From Eledone cirrhosa (lineage: Eukaryota): 64,000 bases of DNA. Below are positions 51,545 to 63,769 of this stretch, one piece after another (position 1 is the stretch's first letter; each line of letters starts with the position of its first letter). Under the pieces are notes generated by a model. That model was not told the origin of the DNA, did no database searches, and was given only the letters and a program-made list of their open reading frames with translations. A program made the position numbers and the translations under genes. The stretch spans positions 7,998,001-8,062,000 of the forward strand of contig OZ024760.1 of assembly GCA_964016885.1 (NCBI GenBank), read 5' to 3'.

Positions 51545-52532
51545 ATATATTTTCAATGCCGTCTACCCTTCATGGTAGGGTCCGTACCATAGATAGAACT
51601 CAATATAATCTGATAGCAAGTAATCCAGTGAAAAGTTCCGTGTTCCGCTGAGTTAATCCTTTAGATACAGAGTCTGATATTAGATATTAATTTAACAATG
51701 AAAATAACAACAAAGTCAATTTATTTTACCTATTCATACCATTGTTTTATGATTGTTTCTGAGGGTTGATCATATTGACATATTGACATATTGACTGATC
51801 TATAGCAGTTATATAACTGTATACTATCAGACCTCATATATAGGTTCGATCAAACTGTCTTTTTCGGAAACAATGAAGTTAGAATCTTTATTGGTAGTAT
51901 ATAAACAGGGTATATATTAATAAAAGATCGGAGGCCATATTCAGTTGATTCAGGTTTATTTAAAACTCCGTTATAAGTATGTCACTGAGGACTATCAGTT
52001 ATGACAGCCTGAGCTCTTCACATGATAAAACCTATAAAAACATGTCACTAACTTAAAAACACTGATGCACAGACACACACACACACACACGCGCGCGCAT
52101 ACACACACACGTCTCTAACTTAGGAACGTCGACACACACATGCACACATACACACACTGTCACATTATTCACTTTAATGAGTGAGGGGGGAAGAAAGAAA
52201 GAGAAGTATTGCATGGCAAATAATAAAATGGAGAGTTAAAATGTAGAGAATAGTTTGTTGACCTTTCCATCTCATTTTATCTAACGAAGTAGTTATCACT
52301 CAATCTTTCTTTCTCTCTCCCATCCCCCTTACTCTCTCTTCTTTCTTTCTCTTCTCTTTCTCTCCCTACCCCCACTCTTTCTTCTCTCTCTCTCTCTCTC
52401 ACTCTCTCTCACTCCCCCTCTCTCTACAGAATGGAGAACAAAACAAAATGGATGACTTCTTTCGATATTCATAAGAAAATAAGAAAAAAATTATTTTATT
52501 TTAAGAAATTTAATTTTTTCAAATTTAAATGA

Positions 52533-52600
<68 letters not shown>

Positions 52601-52650
52601 TTCTGATTCCGCCCCGCCCATCACTTCAATCTTTCTAATTTCTTATTCTT

Positions 52651-52686
52651 TCTTCTGATGAAGGACTAGCGTCCGAAACGTTAAGA
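52651..52686 (+). ncRNA. Minimal type I hammerhead ribozyme
   Basis: TCTT CTGATGA A GGAC-TAGC-GTCC GAAA CG TT AAGA; helix III palindrome ACGT. Confidence 0.8.
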
Positions 52687-52833
52687 CCCTCTTCCTGCTA
52701 TTTCAAGCGTTATACTAATATATTCCTTCCATATACTGTACCGATTGTGTTGTTATTTCTATTTACCTTTTACATTTATGTATATATATATATATATATA
52801 TTTAATTTAATCTAATCTATCTACTTAATGAAG

Positions 52834-53041
52834 GCTGGAAAGAAATTTAAAGATTTTGAAGTTTTGCACTCAGCTCTGAATGATAGATATTCTGGAATAG
52901 CTTTCCCGCCATTTCCTGAAAAGATTTTATTTACGTTTGACAATGAAAGACAAGATAGGAGGTCTATTCTTGATAAACTCATGAAATTCTGCAGTAAAAC
53001 CGAACGTGTTAGTAAGAGTTATCTTTTTCTGCAGTTTCTTG
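52834..53041 (+). CDS. HS1BP3: HS1BP3 exon 3 (PX domain, C-terminal half)
   Basis: AGKKFKDFEVLHSALNDRYSGIAFPPFPEKILF...LQFLG; gtaagt donor; the AAG acceptor is atypical. Confidence 0.88.
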
Positions 53042-53057
53042 GTAAGTAGCAATATCT

Positions 53058-53731
53058 TCTACCATTAATCCACTGTACCATTAATCTATTCTACCATTAA
53101 TCCACTGTACCTTTAATCTATTCTACCATTAATCCAGTCTACCATTAATCTATTCTACCATTAATCCAGTCTACCATTAATCCAGTCTCCCATTAATCTA
53201 TTCTACCATTAATCCAGTCTACCATTAATCCAGTCTCCCATTAATCTATTCTACCATTAATCCAGTCTACCATTAATCCACTGTACCTTTAATCTGTTCT
53301 ACCATTAATCTATTCTACCATTAACCCACTGTGCCTTTAATCTGTTCTACCATTAATCCAGTCTACCAATAATCCACTGTACCTTTAATCTGTTCTACCA
53401 TTAATCCACTCTACCATTAACCCACTATGCCTTTAATCTGTTCTATCATTAATCCAGTCTACCATTAATCCAGTCTACCATTAATCTATTCTACCATTAA
53501 TCCACTCTACCATTAATCCACTGTACCTTTAATCTGTTCTATCATTAATCCACTCTACCATTAATCTATTCTACCATTAATCCAGTCTCCCATTAATCTA
53601 TTCTACCATTAATCCAGTCTACCATTAATCCAGTCTACCATTAATCTATTCTACCATTAATCCACTCTACCATTAATCCACTGTACCTTTAATCTGTTCT
53701 ACCATTAATCCAGTCTACCATTAATCCACTG
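53058..53731. repeat. 16-17 bp minisatellite
   Basis: CTACCATTAATCCAGT / CTACCATTAATCTATT variants. Confidence 0.93.
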
Positions 53732-54129
53732 AGGCAGTGGGTACATCCATGATGTTGCACCGTCATGGATGTCGGGAAATACAGTAATATATCTAATTTT
53801 ATTACATGGAGTTATGGCCCTTTATGTTCAAATCCTGCCAAGTTAACCTTTCGTCTTTACGGGGGTTAATAAAATAAAGTACCAGTAACACACTGGGAGC
53901 GATTTAATCGACTTTCCCCTCCCCTCCTCCAAATAATTGTTGGCTTTGTACCTAAATGAGAAACCTTTATGTTCTGAGTTCAAATCCTGCCACGGTTAAC
54001 TTTGCCTTTCATTCTTACTGGGTCGATAAAATAAAGTACCAGTAGTGTACTGGGGTTGATTTAATTGACTTTCCCCTCTCCCCAAATTATTGGCCTTGTG
54101 CCTAAATCAGAAATTATTATAGGTGCCCC

Positions 54130-54620
54130 CACCACGATGAGCAGGGCGGGTGGTGTGGTTGGGATCCATCCATGATGTTGAAACATGGTTGGTAGCTGGC
54201 TTTCCATTACAACTGGAGCCAGCAGGCCTTGACTGCGGAGATGGCAAGATCCTGATGGAATCACCCTCCTCTTCGCATTCAAAGGAGGTAGATCCCTCAC
54301 CTGGGATGTCACTTGTGACACGTTCTCCAGCTCCAATTTAGTTGCTTCAACCACAAATCCTGGTACCACAGCCAACCTTGCAGAGGAGAGAAAGATACAC
54401 AAATACTGGGTATTGTCCGCCCACTTCCTCTTCGCACTGGTCGCTGTTGAGACCTCAGGCATACTTGGACCCTGTACAGTCAAGCTCCTCCTCAAGATCG
54501 GAATGTTAGCGGCCCATCTGAGGAAGGAGCCCTGCGAGGTGAGGTGGCTGTTGCAGTGGGTGTTGCTGGCCATTGTCTATGGGGTGCAGCTCCTTTACTG
54601 CTGCATCCAAGGCCCAGAGC
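54130..54620 (+). mobile_element. CRE-like non-LTR retrotransposon restriction-like endonuclease remnant
   Basis: LEPAGLDCGDGK, frameshift, PDGITL..FKGGRSLTWDVTC..AEERKIHKY..AVETSG. Confidence 0.8.
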
Positions 54621-55155
54621 CCAATCATCATCCCACTTCCCATGCTTCTGTGACACTAGAGTCCTTGCCACTCCCTCCCTTTTCCGTTTTTTTGTTCTTT
54701 TTCTAAGTAAGAATGGATGTGCAATGTCAATGTGCATGAACGACCAAGCATAGACGAGTTGAGAGAGAAACTGTGTTTGTAAGAGGGATAGGCTGTTGTG
54801 TGTGGGAGAGAAGACTGTGTTGGTTTGGACATGCGATGCGCATGGAGGATGACTGCTGGGTAAAGAAGTGCCAAGAAATCCCAGTGGGAGGAAGATGCAG
54901 TAGAGGAAGACCATGAAAATTATGGGCAGAGGTGGTGAGAGCTGACCTCAGATTGGTTAGGCTCACAGTGAAGATGACGAAGGACCGCGACGAATGGAGA
55001 GATCCTGTGTTGTAAAATGATGATGATGATGATTTTCCTATTTTACATTCCATTCTTCTCAATCTAAATTTTCTTTTTTCTTTTTCTATTAAACTGTATT
55101 TACATGATATATTCCATAAATAAATCATACAGTAATATCTTTAATCCTTTTATAG

Positions 55156-55258
55156 GTGCCCCCTCAAGTAAATTACAGAAAATGAAAAGTTTGGTTGTCA
55201 GGGAAGAGTCCACAGATGAGGGATCTGCTGCTACAGAGAATCAGCCAGCAGTGAAAAG
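55156..55258 (+). CDS. HS1BP3: HS1BP3 exon 4
   Basis: ttttatag acceptor; APSSKLQKMKSLVVREESTDEGSAATENQPAVK; phases consistent on both sides. Confidence 0.75.
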
Positions 55259-55294
55259 GTATTAATTGCATTGAAGTCTCATTTAGTTTCAACT

Positions 55295-55873
55295 TACACC
55301 CAGTCCACCCTGTAATGTGGTAGTGCTGGTGCTATGTCCACTCTGTAAAGTGCTGTTGTCATGACAAAAAGCACCCAGTCCACCTTGTAAAGTGGTAATG
55401 TTGGTAGCATGACAAAAAGCATCCAGTCCACCCTATAAAGTGGTAGTGTTGGTGATGTGGCAAAAAGCACCCAGTCCACCCTATAAAGTGGTAGTGCTGG
55501 TGACATGACAAAAACCATCCAGTCCACCCTATAAAGTGGTAGTGCTGGTGACATGGCAAAAAGCACCCAGTCCACCCTATAAAGTGGTAGTGCTGGTGAC
55601 ATGGCAAAAAGCACCCAGTCCATCCTGTCAAGGAGTACTGCTGGTGCCATGTTTAAACACATTTTCCACCCTATTAAGGGGTAGTGCTGGTGACATGATA
55701 TAATGAAATGCACCTAGTCCACTCTGTAAAGTGGTAGTGCTTGTGTCACAATAAAATACATCCAGTCCACTCTATAAGGTGGTAGTGCTAGAGCCATGAT
55801 AAAGTGCATCCAGTATACTCTGTAAAGCGGTAGTAATGGTACCACAATAAAATACACCCAGTCCACTCTGTAA
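55295..55873. repeat. Degenerate tandem repeat, about 50-51 bp unit; related array on the opposite strand at 3628-4016
   Basis: GCACCCAGTCCACCCTATAAAGTGGTAGTGCTGGTGACATG units. Confidence 0.8.
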
Positions 55874-56263
55874 GTGTTTTATCATAGCACCAACTCTAGG
55901 GAGGTTGTCATGTCTTTGACACAGTTAAAGAATTTGCAACTACTTGTTTGGCAGATTTTCTACAGCTGGATGCCCTTCCTATCACCTACCACTTTACAGA
56001 GTGCACTGGGTGTGTAGAATACCAACACAAGAAAAGTTATGTCTTTGACACAGCTGAAATGCCCTCCTGGCACTTTGTTTAGCAGATTTTCTATGGCTTG
56101 GTGCCCTTCCTAACACCAACCAATTTACAGAGTGTACTGGGTGTATTTATCATGTAGATCACCAACACTAAGGAGATCATCATGTCTTTAACACAACTGA
56201 AGGGTCCTCTCAATCCTTTGCTTGGCAAAAAGGTTAAATGTATTAATTTCAATCTATTTTCAG

Positions 56264-56388
56264 TCCAACTGAAGAGGTTGACATTTTTGGTGAAGCAGAA
56301 GAAGAATCCGAAGAATTGTTTTCAGAGATAGGAACAGACGATAAAAAATTGGATTCCAGTGGTCGCCTTTGGAATTCCATGACAAAGT
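56264..56388 (+). CDS. HS1BP3: HS1BP3 exon 5
   Basis: ttttcag acceptor; PTEEVDIFGEAEEESEELFSEIG... acidic DIF/ELF motifs; gtgagt donor. Confidence 0.75.
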
Positions 56389-56861
56389 GTGAGTTTTCTT
56401 TTATTCTTTTACGCACAACCACAACGGGTTTGGTGTCTTTCATACAAACTGTCAACTATTTAGACTTGTGCTTCATTGCTGTTGCCATGGAATCCTTCTC
56501 TGTTTCCATCTTTGAAATCTGAAGTCTGTCATGAACCCAGAAGTTCATGAGGCTGGTTCTTATCCCAGATTTTGAGGCATGAAGCAACTGAGAATACAAG
56601 ATTCCCCACTGGATAGGACGCCAGTCCCTGCTGGTACTCATTTTCAGCTGAGTGTACTGGAGCAACATGAAATGAAGTGTTTTTACTCAAGAACACAACA
56701 CACACCCCAGTGTAGGAATTGAACACACAACATTATGATCGTAAGTCCAATACCCTTACCAGTAGGCTACGTACCACCACTGATGCGTGGCCTTTGAAGG
56801 TCTTGTTTGAAATCATATTTATATTTCAGAACCATTTTTATATTTCAGAAAAGTTAGAGAG

Positions 56862-57485
56862 TGTTGCTAGTATTGGTGGTTTACATGATAAATGCACCCA
56901 GCACACTCTGTAAAGTGGTAGGTGATTGGAAGAGGTTCCACCAACTGTAGAACACTTGCCAAACAGAGTTAGGACGACTCTTCAGTTATGTCAAAGATAT
57001 GACAGCCTCTCTAGTGTTGGTAATCTACATGATAAATGCACCCAGCACACTCTGTAAAGTGGTAGGTGATTGGAAGAGGTTCCACCAACTGTAGAACACT
57101 TGCCAAACAGAGTTAGGATGACTCTTCAGTTATGTCAAAGATATGACAGCCTCTCTAGTGTTGGTAATCTACATGATAAATGCACCCAGCACACTCTGTA
57201 AAGTGGTAGGTGATTGGAAGAGGTTCCACCAACTGTAGAACACTTGCCAAACAGAGTTAGGATGACTCTTCAGTTATGTCAAAGATATGACAGCCTCTCT
57301 AGTGTTGGTAATCTACATGATAAATGTACCCAGTACACTCTGTAAAGTGGTAGGTGATTGGAAGAGGTTCCACCAACTGTAGAACACTTGCCAAACAGAG
57401 TTAGGACGACTCTTCAGTTATGTCAAAGATATGACAGCCTCTCTAGTGTTGGTAATCTACATGATAAATGTACCGAGTACACTCG
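56862..57485. repeat. 144-bp tandem repeat, about 4.3 copies
   Basis: CATGATAAATG recurs at 56884, 57028 and 57172 (144-bp period). Confidence 0.93.
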
Positions 57486-58014
57486 GATGCACTTTTAGAG
57501 TGAGGGAATGTATATAAGTGATATATAAACATGGTTGGTGTTAGGAAGGGCATCCAGCCGTAGAAAACCCGCCAGACAGTCCTATACGAGCAAGACAGCC
57601 AATCTTGTCTCACGTGGGACATTCCCGTCTAAACCCATGCTAGCATGGAGGATAGATGTTAAACGATGATGATGATGATGATATATATATACATAGATAC
57701 ATATATATACATTTTAAAGATCCCATAACTCAGTGTGGAGTCGTAGAGGCACCGTCATACGGTGTGTCTAGGGCACTTTTAAACCTGGCGGAGCCCAACA
57801 CTCTCCAGGTCTGAACACAGCCGATTTTTTTCTATAGAGGAAGAATTGACCCCAGTACTTGACTGGTACTTTTTTTTATCAACTTCGAAAGGATGAAAGT
57901 CAAAATTGACCACGGTGGGATTTGAACTCTGCACAATGAGGTGGGATGAATACTGTGAAGCATTCTGTCTGACATCTTAACGACTCTGGCAATTCACCGC
58001 CTATATATATATAA

Positions 58015-58422
58015 AAACTTTTGAGCTGACTTTTGGGAGGCTCCCATACAGCTCTGAGTTTTTCATCCTCAGTGTATACTGATTAATGTTCAGAGCCATC
58101 CTCAACATTCTCGTGTAGCACCCATCGACCATCTGAGTGAGTTTCTTGGTCTGTGTCCAAGTCTCAGACCCGTACAGCAGCACAGACTCCACTACAGCAA
58201 TGAAGAGGCGGATTTTCAGGTCTTCACGAAGGTCCGACTTCCACACCGATCTCAACATGGACACACTGGAAGAGGAAGACCAAGGTTAATGTATGTTGAT
58301 GCCCTAAGGACAGACACTGGTCTGTTGGAGATGCAGGACATGGCAGCGATAATGAGGGACAGAGACCGCTGGAGAGAACTCGTCCATGGATCTCGGGAAT
58401 TTTACCCGCCCTAGATAGATAG
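58015..58422. mobile_element. RTE-like LINE 3' fragment with inverted 5' part
   Basis: Minus: KIRLFIAVVESVLLYGSETW; plus from 58265: RGRPRLxYVD...EFYPP with (ATAG)n tail. Confidence 0.8.
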
Positions 58423-58730
58423 ATATATATATAAATAAATCAATTGAAGATATATATATATATTTATACACAAGTATAGATATACATTTGAGGGAGTACA
58501 GCTTCTCTCCACTGGGAATTCTTGGCCCTTCTTTACCCACAAATCATCATCCATGTACGTCACATGTCTGTACCAATGCAGTCTTCTCTCCTGCACACTA
58601 CCTCAGATTCCTCTTCAACCCAGTTTTTTCTTCAGTTCATCCAAGCTCTGCCTTTCTCTAACATTTATGTAAATGAAAGCTGTTGTCAATGTTTATTACA
58701 CGTTCCATATTTATTTCCTTTATGCTTCAG

Positions 58731-58866
58731 CTTACGAAGTAATGATGTTTGAAGATGTCAACACAGAAGAAGAAGAATCTGCGAAGAATTTAACAAGCCC
58801 TCTCAAAGAGGAGAAAATCTTAAGTTCGGAATTGAAGTCAGATCTATTTACAGAAGAACTTCTTCA
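58731..58866 (+). CDS. HS1BP3: HS1BP3 exon 6
   Basis: cttcag acceptor; YEVMMFEDVNTEEEE...SDLFTEELL; gtaagg donor. Confidence 0.8.
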
Positions 58867-58958
58867 GTAAGGGTTTAAGGATCTTTGTCCAGCTTTATCC
58901 TTTCTTCACCCTTTATTTCATGTTGAATGGTTGGGCACACTGGAAAAGGGACAGTAAA

Positions 58959-59009
<51 letters not shown>

Positions 59010-59638
59010 CGTGGAGAGCGGAGGAAGAGGGGTAGAGAGACGAGAGAGAGGGGGGGTAGGGAGAGAATGAGGTACAGAGAGAGGGGGGAGGGGGATAGGT
59101 ACAGAGAGAGATGGAGGAAGGTAGAGGGAGAGGTACAGAGAGAGATGGAGAGAGATAGACATATTGAGATGGAAGAGATAGAAAGAGAGAGAGAGAGAGA
59201 GAGTCGGTGATGGCGGAGAGAAAGATGGTGGAAGCGGCAACTGTGAAATTGTTTGATGTTCATGCTTACATAATATTAATAAATTTGTGATAATGGTGGT
59301 AATGAATATATGGTACCATAACCCTTGAGGAAGTTGTTGGGTGCCATATTGACAGATGTCGTTTCTAGGGCATTTTATTAAAACTTGGCCCGAATACAGC
59401 GGATTTGTTCCAGAGAAAGATAGAGATAGAGAGAGAGAGAATGAAAGTGAGAAAGAGATATAGAGGAAGAATCAACTCCAGTACTAGACTGGAGACCTTC
59501 AATGGATGAAAGGTAAAGTTGACCTTGGAATAGTAAGAGTAGAAGGTGACCATTCACAGCTGCTAAGATCAGTTAATTACTACATAATATTAATAAGTTT
59601 GTGTTAAAAATGGTGGTAATATTTTCTCTAATTAACAG

Positions 59639-59843
59639 AGTGGAAGACGATCTCTCACAACTGCTGACAGTGAACAAAGCCCCCAGAAAACCTGTGCCAA
59701 CCCCAAGAACACATAAGCCTAAAAAGGCAGAAGTTCAAAAGATAGCTGAGCAGCGCAGCCCTGTTTTACCAACCTCTGTTGATGAATTTGCAAAATATAT
59801 TGAAGAAAACACAGACAGAGCTGAGGTTGATCTGTTTTCTTAA
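59639..59843 (+). CDS. HS1BP3: HS1BP3 terminal exon
   Basis: VEDDLSQLL...KPVPTPR...DEFAKYIEEN...DLFS then TAA; parallels the vertebrate VEEDLDQIL and ILQYIQ..LF C-terminus. Confidence 0.85.
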
Positions 59844-60149
59844 CAGACATTTAGCCAAATCTTTATATTTAGATGGAAAATTAATAAAAATTCTTTTAAC
59901 CTTCATATATAGAAATTCAAATGTTATATAAACATATATATATATATATATATATATATGAAGGATTCAGGACCCCGATGGCTGAGCACAGCCGTCGGGG
60001 TCCCAAATCCTTCATATTACCCACTCTACTACCCCAAGTATTGAGTACTCTGGTGAGTAATGGTCTAAGTGGTTTTTACTGCATCGCGATATTCTAGCTG
60101 CGTTGAAACATTCATAAAAATGTTTGAATAAATTATAATTTCTTATCCT

Positions 60150-60391
60150 TATCTATCTATCTAAGGCGGGTAAAATTCCCGAGATCCATGGACGAGTTCT
60201 CTCCAGCGGTCTCTGTCCCTCATTATCACTGCCATGTCCTGCATCTCCAACAGACCAGTGTCTGTCCTTAGGGCATCAACATACGTTAACCTTGGTCTTC
60301 CTCTTCTAGTGTGTCCATGTAGGGGCTCCCAAAGGAGCACTGAGTGCAATGTCAACTCTGGATGTCGGTGAGCATGTCCAGCCAACCTCAT
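60150..60391 (-). mobile_element. RTE-like LINE 3' fragment (same family as 58265-58412)
   Basis: RLAGHAHRHPEL...LLWEPLHG..RRGRPRLTYVD. Confidence 0.85.
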
Positions 60392-60720
60392 TCTTATCCT
60401 TGGCTTCCATAAAAGTTTAACATTTAAATGCTCTGCTACCCAAACTGCCCTTAATCATCCAGTTTTTTGCTCCTGAAGAACAGAAAATAGTTAAGAGCAT
60501 TGGGCTTATCTCATCTAACCAATGAAAATAGTGAAGTTCTACACTATAACCTCATATATTATATATATATAATTATAATTTTACAGAGAAATATATACAC
60601 ATATCTACATATTCGATATGTGTATATATTTATAAACATCGGTGCAGTCTCGGTTACACACTCAGTATTTATACAGATATAACTTTATCATACACTTCGG
60701 CTGCATTCGCACTTCTTAAT

Positions 60721-60772
<52 letters not shown>

Positions 60773-61199
60773 GGGTAAAGGAGTAGAGACCCCTTTTGGT
60801 CACAAATCTCCATGGGATTTTCACCTAGAAAGTTCCCCTCCAAGGCACAAGTCCAGGCAAGGTTGTTTGTGGAAGTCGCCCATGCATAACAGTCCCCCCT
60901 CTTCAAGCCACCGTTGTTGTTCGAAGGAAAGGAAAATGCTGATACAGCTTTGTACCAGTGACATCGCCACTCATTTCTACAGCTGAGTGAACTGGAACAT
61001 GAAAAATAAAGTGTCTTGTTTAAGAACACAAAGCAAAGCCCTGTCCGAGAATCAAACTCACAACCTCCCGATTGTAAGCCCCCCGACGCTCTAACCACTA
61101 AGCCATGTGCCTTATATATGACACACAGGTTTACGACAGGTTCTGTGAATTTAGCAAGTCAAAAATACAGTTATACACAGTTAACGCATAGGAAAATAA

Positions 61200-61450
61200 A
61201 TAATACTGTACCTTTGTCTTAAACATATTGCCAATTCTATCAATATCTGAGGTAGAAGGGCTTATTAATCTAATAGAAAGATTATCAACAAAATTACATT
61301 TGTGATCCTTAACGGTGGATTTTAGTGACATAGGTTTATAAGGATCTATATACTTATCAGTTACAATAATCTTTCTTTTTCTATTAATATCATTCAATAA
61401 TTTATATTGATAGAAATATTCAATTACTTGCTCTGTATACAATGTAACCT
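61200..61450 (-). pseudogene. Penelope-like element reverse transcriptase remnant
   Basis: STVKDHKCNFVDNLSIRLISPSTSDIDRIG resembles the TLKDHKxNF..RLINP.KS.IG segment I recall from PLE RTs; not confirmed by search. Confidence 0.6.
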
Positions 61451-61954
61451 TTACTTCTTAACATAGCAGTAAATCTATTTTGTAGTTAATGACTATACAT
61501 TATATCGACATATTGATTCATTTCTTTATAGGATAAAGTAAATATACTGCATAACAATTAATATAGGAGAGGCATAATTTTAATTGTAAATTTAATTATA
61601 TTAATGACCATTTAAATATCCAAATATTTATTGATAAGTGGAGTTTTATGGATATTTCGTTATTTAATTATCTATTAAACTTAACTACGAACGCTTACAT
61701 TTATAGTTAATAAATGTTTACATAATTTTTTTAAATTATATATTTGGCTATTTACTATGTTAGCTTGATTTTCCTGGGTATTAATATATCCAAACATAGT
61801 TATCCAAGCATAGTTACGTCCCTTTACGATCTGAGTTCAAATCCCGCCGAGGTTGACTTTGCCTTTCATCCTTACGGGGTCGATAAAATAAAGTACCAGT
61901 AATGCACTGGGTAATTGCTGGCCTTGTGCCTAAAGTAGAAACAATTAATATATC

Positions 61955-62215
61955 CAACAGAGTTAGATCTGGTGTTGGACGTGCAAAAGTCAATCTTGCA
62001 AAATGGAGATATTTAAAGGACGGGCACGTTTTGTGTGACTACGGCATCGAACCACCGACTACACAGCACCTCCTGATATGCTCCCTGCTGGAACAGCCCT
62101 GCACAGTATTGGAATTGGCAGAGTTTAATGAGAAAGGGCAGCAATGTGTTCAGCTGTGACGGAACCACATCTAGCCAAGCTTTATAACTGACACTCTTGT
62201 GCACACAACAAGAAG
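61955..62215 (+). mobile_element. LINE C-terminal zinc-knuckle remnant (Ingi/Vingi-like)
   Basis: NRVRSGVGRAKVNLAKW..LCDYG..TTQHLLICSLL..CT. Confidence 0.55.
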
Positions 62216-62975
62216 CTTAGTATATCTTACAATAATTATCTCCCCTTCACCATTTAATGTATTTTGTTAAACCAGAAAAAACATGGCGTCTGATGACTTT
62301 TTTCGGTCCTTTTAAAAACCAATTAAATATTTTATTTCGGATATTTTTCTGTTAGAACAAACCTTCTTATAATTTTGTTGATACCTACAGCTTAAAGTGA
62401 GTTATATATTTTGTAGTAACTTATTATTGAAATATGTTTTTTCTACTCTGAAAAGGTTCTCAATAATTTTTTAGCCCCCCCCCCCCCTCTCACGACCACG
62501 TAATACCCTCAGCGCCCCCACCCCTATTTCCAGAGAGACCTGCAAATTTTAAATAATATATAATGAATGAAACCGTTAATTTATATATAATAAATAATAT
62601 AATTGTTTCTACGTTAGGCACAAGGCCAGCAATAATTACCCAGTGTATTACTGGTACTTTATTTTATCGACCCCGTAAGGATGAACGGCAAAGTTAACCT
62701 CGGCGGGATTTGAACTCAGAATGGCAAGGGCCGTAACTCTATGCGTCAAAGCATGGCGTCCGACCATCTACCGATACATATACTATGTGTAAATAAATAT
62801 TATATATTTTACTATATCTTCTTCGTCTTCTTCTTCACCCACTTATTCCTGAGAGGGTCGTGGGGGTAGAGTCCTCAAACACTCCCTCCAGTGGGTCCTG
62901 TCAGAAGTAAACATCTCCATCTGGTCCGGCTGGATCTCCAATTGTGACCAGTCAAGTAGATGGGAGCTAGTTTAG

Positions 62976-63106
62976 TGTTTCTGAAGAGAACGGCCGGTTG
63001 AACAGGAACTTCGAGACTGGTAATAAGTAGTAACCTAACCACTACCATGCTGGTCGATACATCGATCTCCACCGTTCAATCGACCCTTTGAAACGATCGT
63101 AAAACA
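62976..63106 (+). ncRNA. Type I hammerhead ribozyme with about 100-nt helix II domain
   Basis: TGTTT CTGAAGA GAACGGCCGGTTGAAC...GTTCAATCGACCCTTT GAAA CGATCG TA AAACA; helix III palindrome ACGATCGT. Confidence 0.75.
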
Positions 63107-63312
63107 ATGCACTAACTCTCTATCTACACCTGACTTCTGTTTTTATCGTTCAAACGCATCTATATGTAAATGACTCTGCAGCCCGGATTGATTTTCTTCG
63201 AGGATACTTTAGGTCGTGACCACCTACTGTCGCAACTATTCTTCTTAGGATACATTGAGTTCTAACAATGTTATCAGCCCCACCACAACGAGGTGGACTC
63301 CGATACACGCAT

Positions 63313-63345
<33 letters not shown>

Positions 63346-63543
63346 CGATATTAACATATGGAAACTATTTATAAAACCATATTTATTTTATTATACATAT
63401 TTCAAGGACACCACGTTAAATTATGGTGTGCTTTCATCAGACAAAATACAATATAGATCAGTTTTATAAATAAATATTGACATACCCTTAAACAATTTTT
63501 TAAGAGTATGCCAATATTTATTTATAAAACTGATCTATATTGT

Positions 63544-63607
63544 ATTTTGTCTGATGAAAGCACACCATAATTTAACGTGGTGTCCTTGAAATATGTATAA
63601 TAAAATA
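63544..63607 (+). ncRNA. Hammerhead-like motif of a dispersed family (copies at 63394-63440 -, 4890-4952 -, 10604-10663 +, 44006-44069 -)
   Basis: CTGATGA AAG-CACACCA...TGGTGT-CCTT GAAA TATG TA; core retained in all five copies while the loop varies. Confidence 0.65.
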
Positions 63608-63769
63608 AATATGGTTTTATAAATATAGTTTCCATTTGTTAATATCGTATATTTACTCCAAATACTTGTTGAGTGCTTTATATCAGTTATAAAAATATTT
63701 GCTTGTTGTATCCCAACAATTTAAATAGAACTTTTGCATATATATATATTTATATATTTATATATTTAT

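Noticed and set aside
54061-54573. 170-aa minus-strand ORF as a gene
   Set aside because: Antisense shadow of the CRE-like endonuclease remnant on +
62290-62320. CTGATGA motif (hammerhead or snoRNA box)
   Set aside because: No GAAA partner, no closing helices, no paired C/D box arrangement
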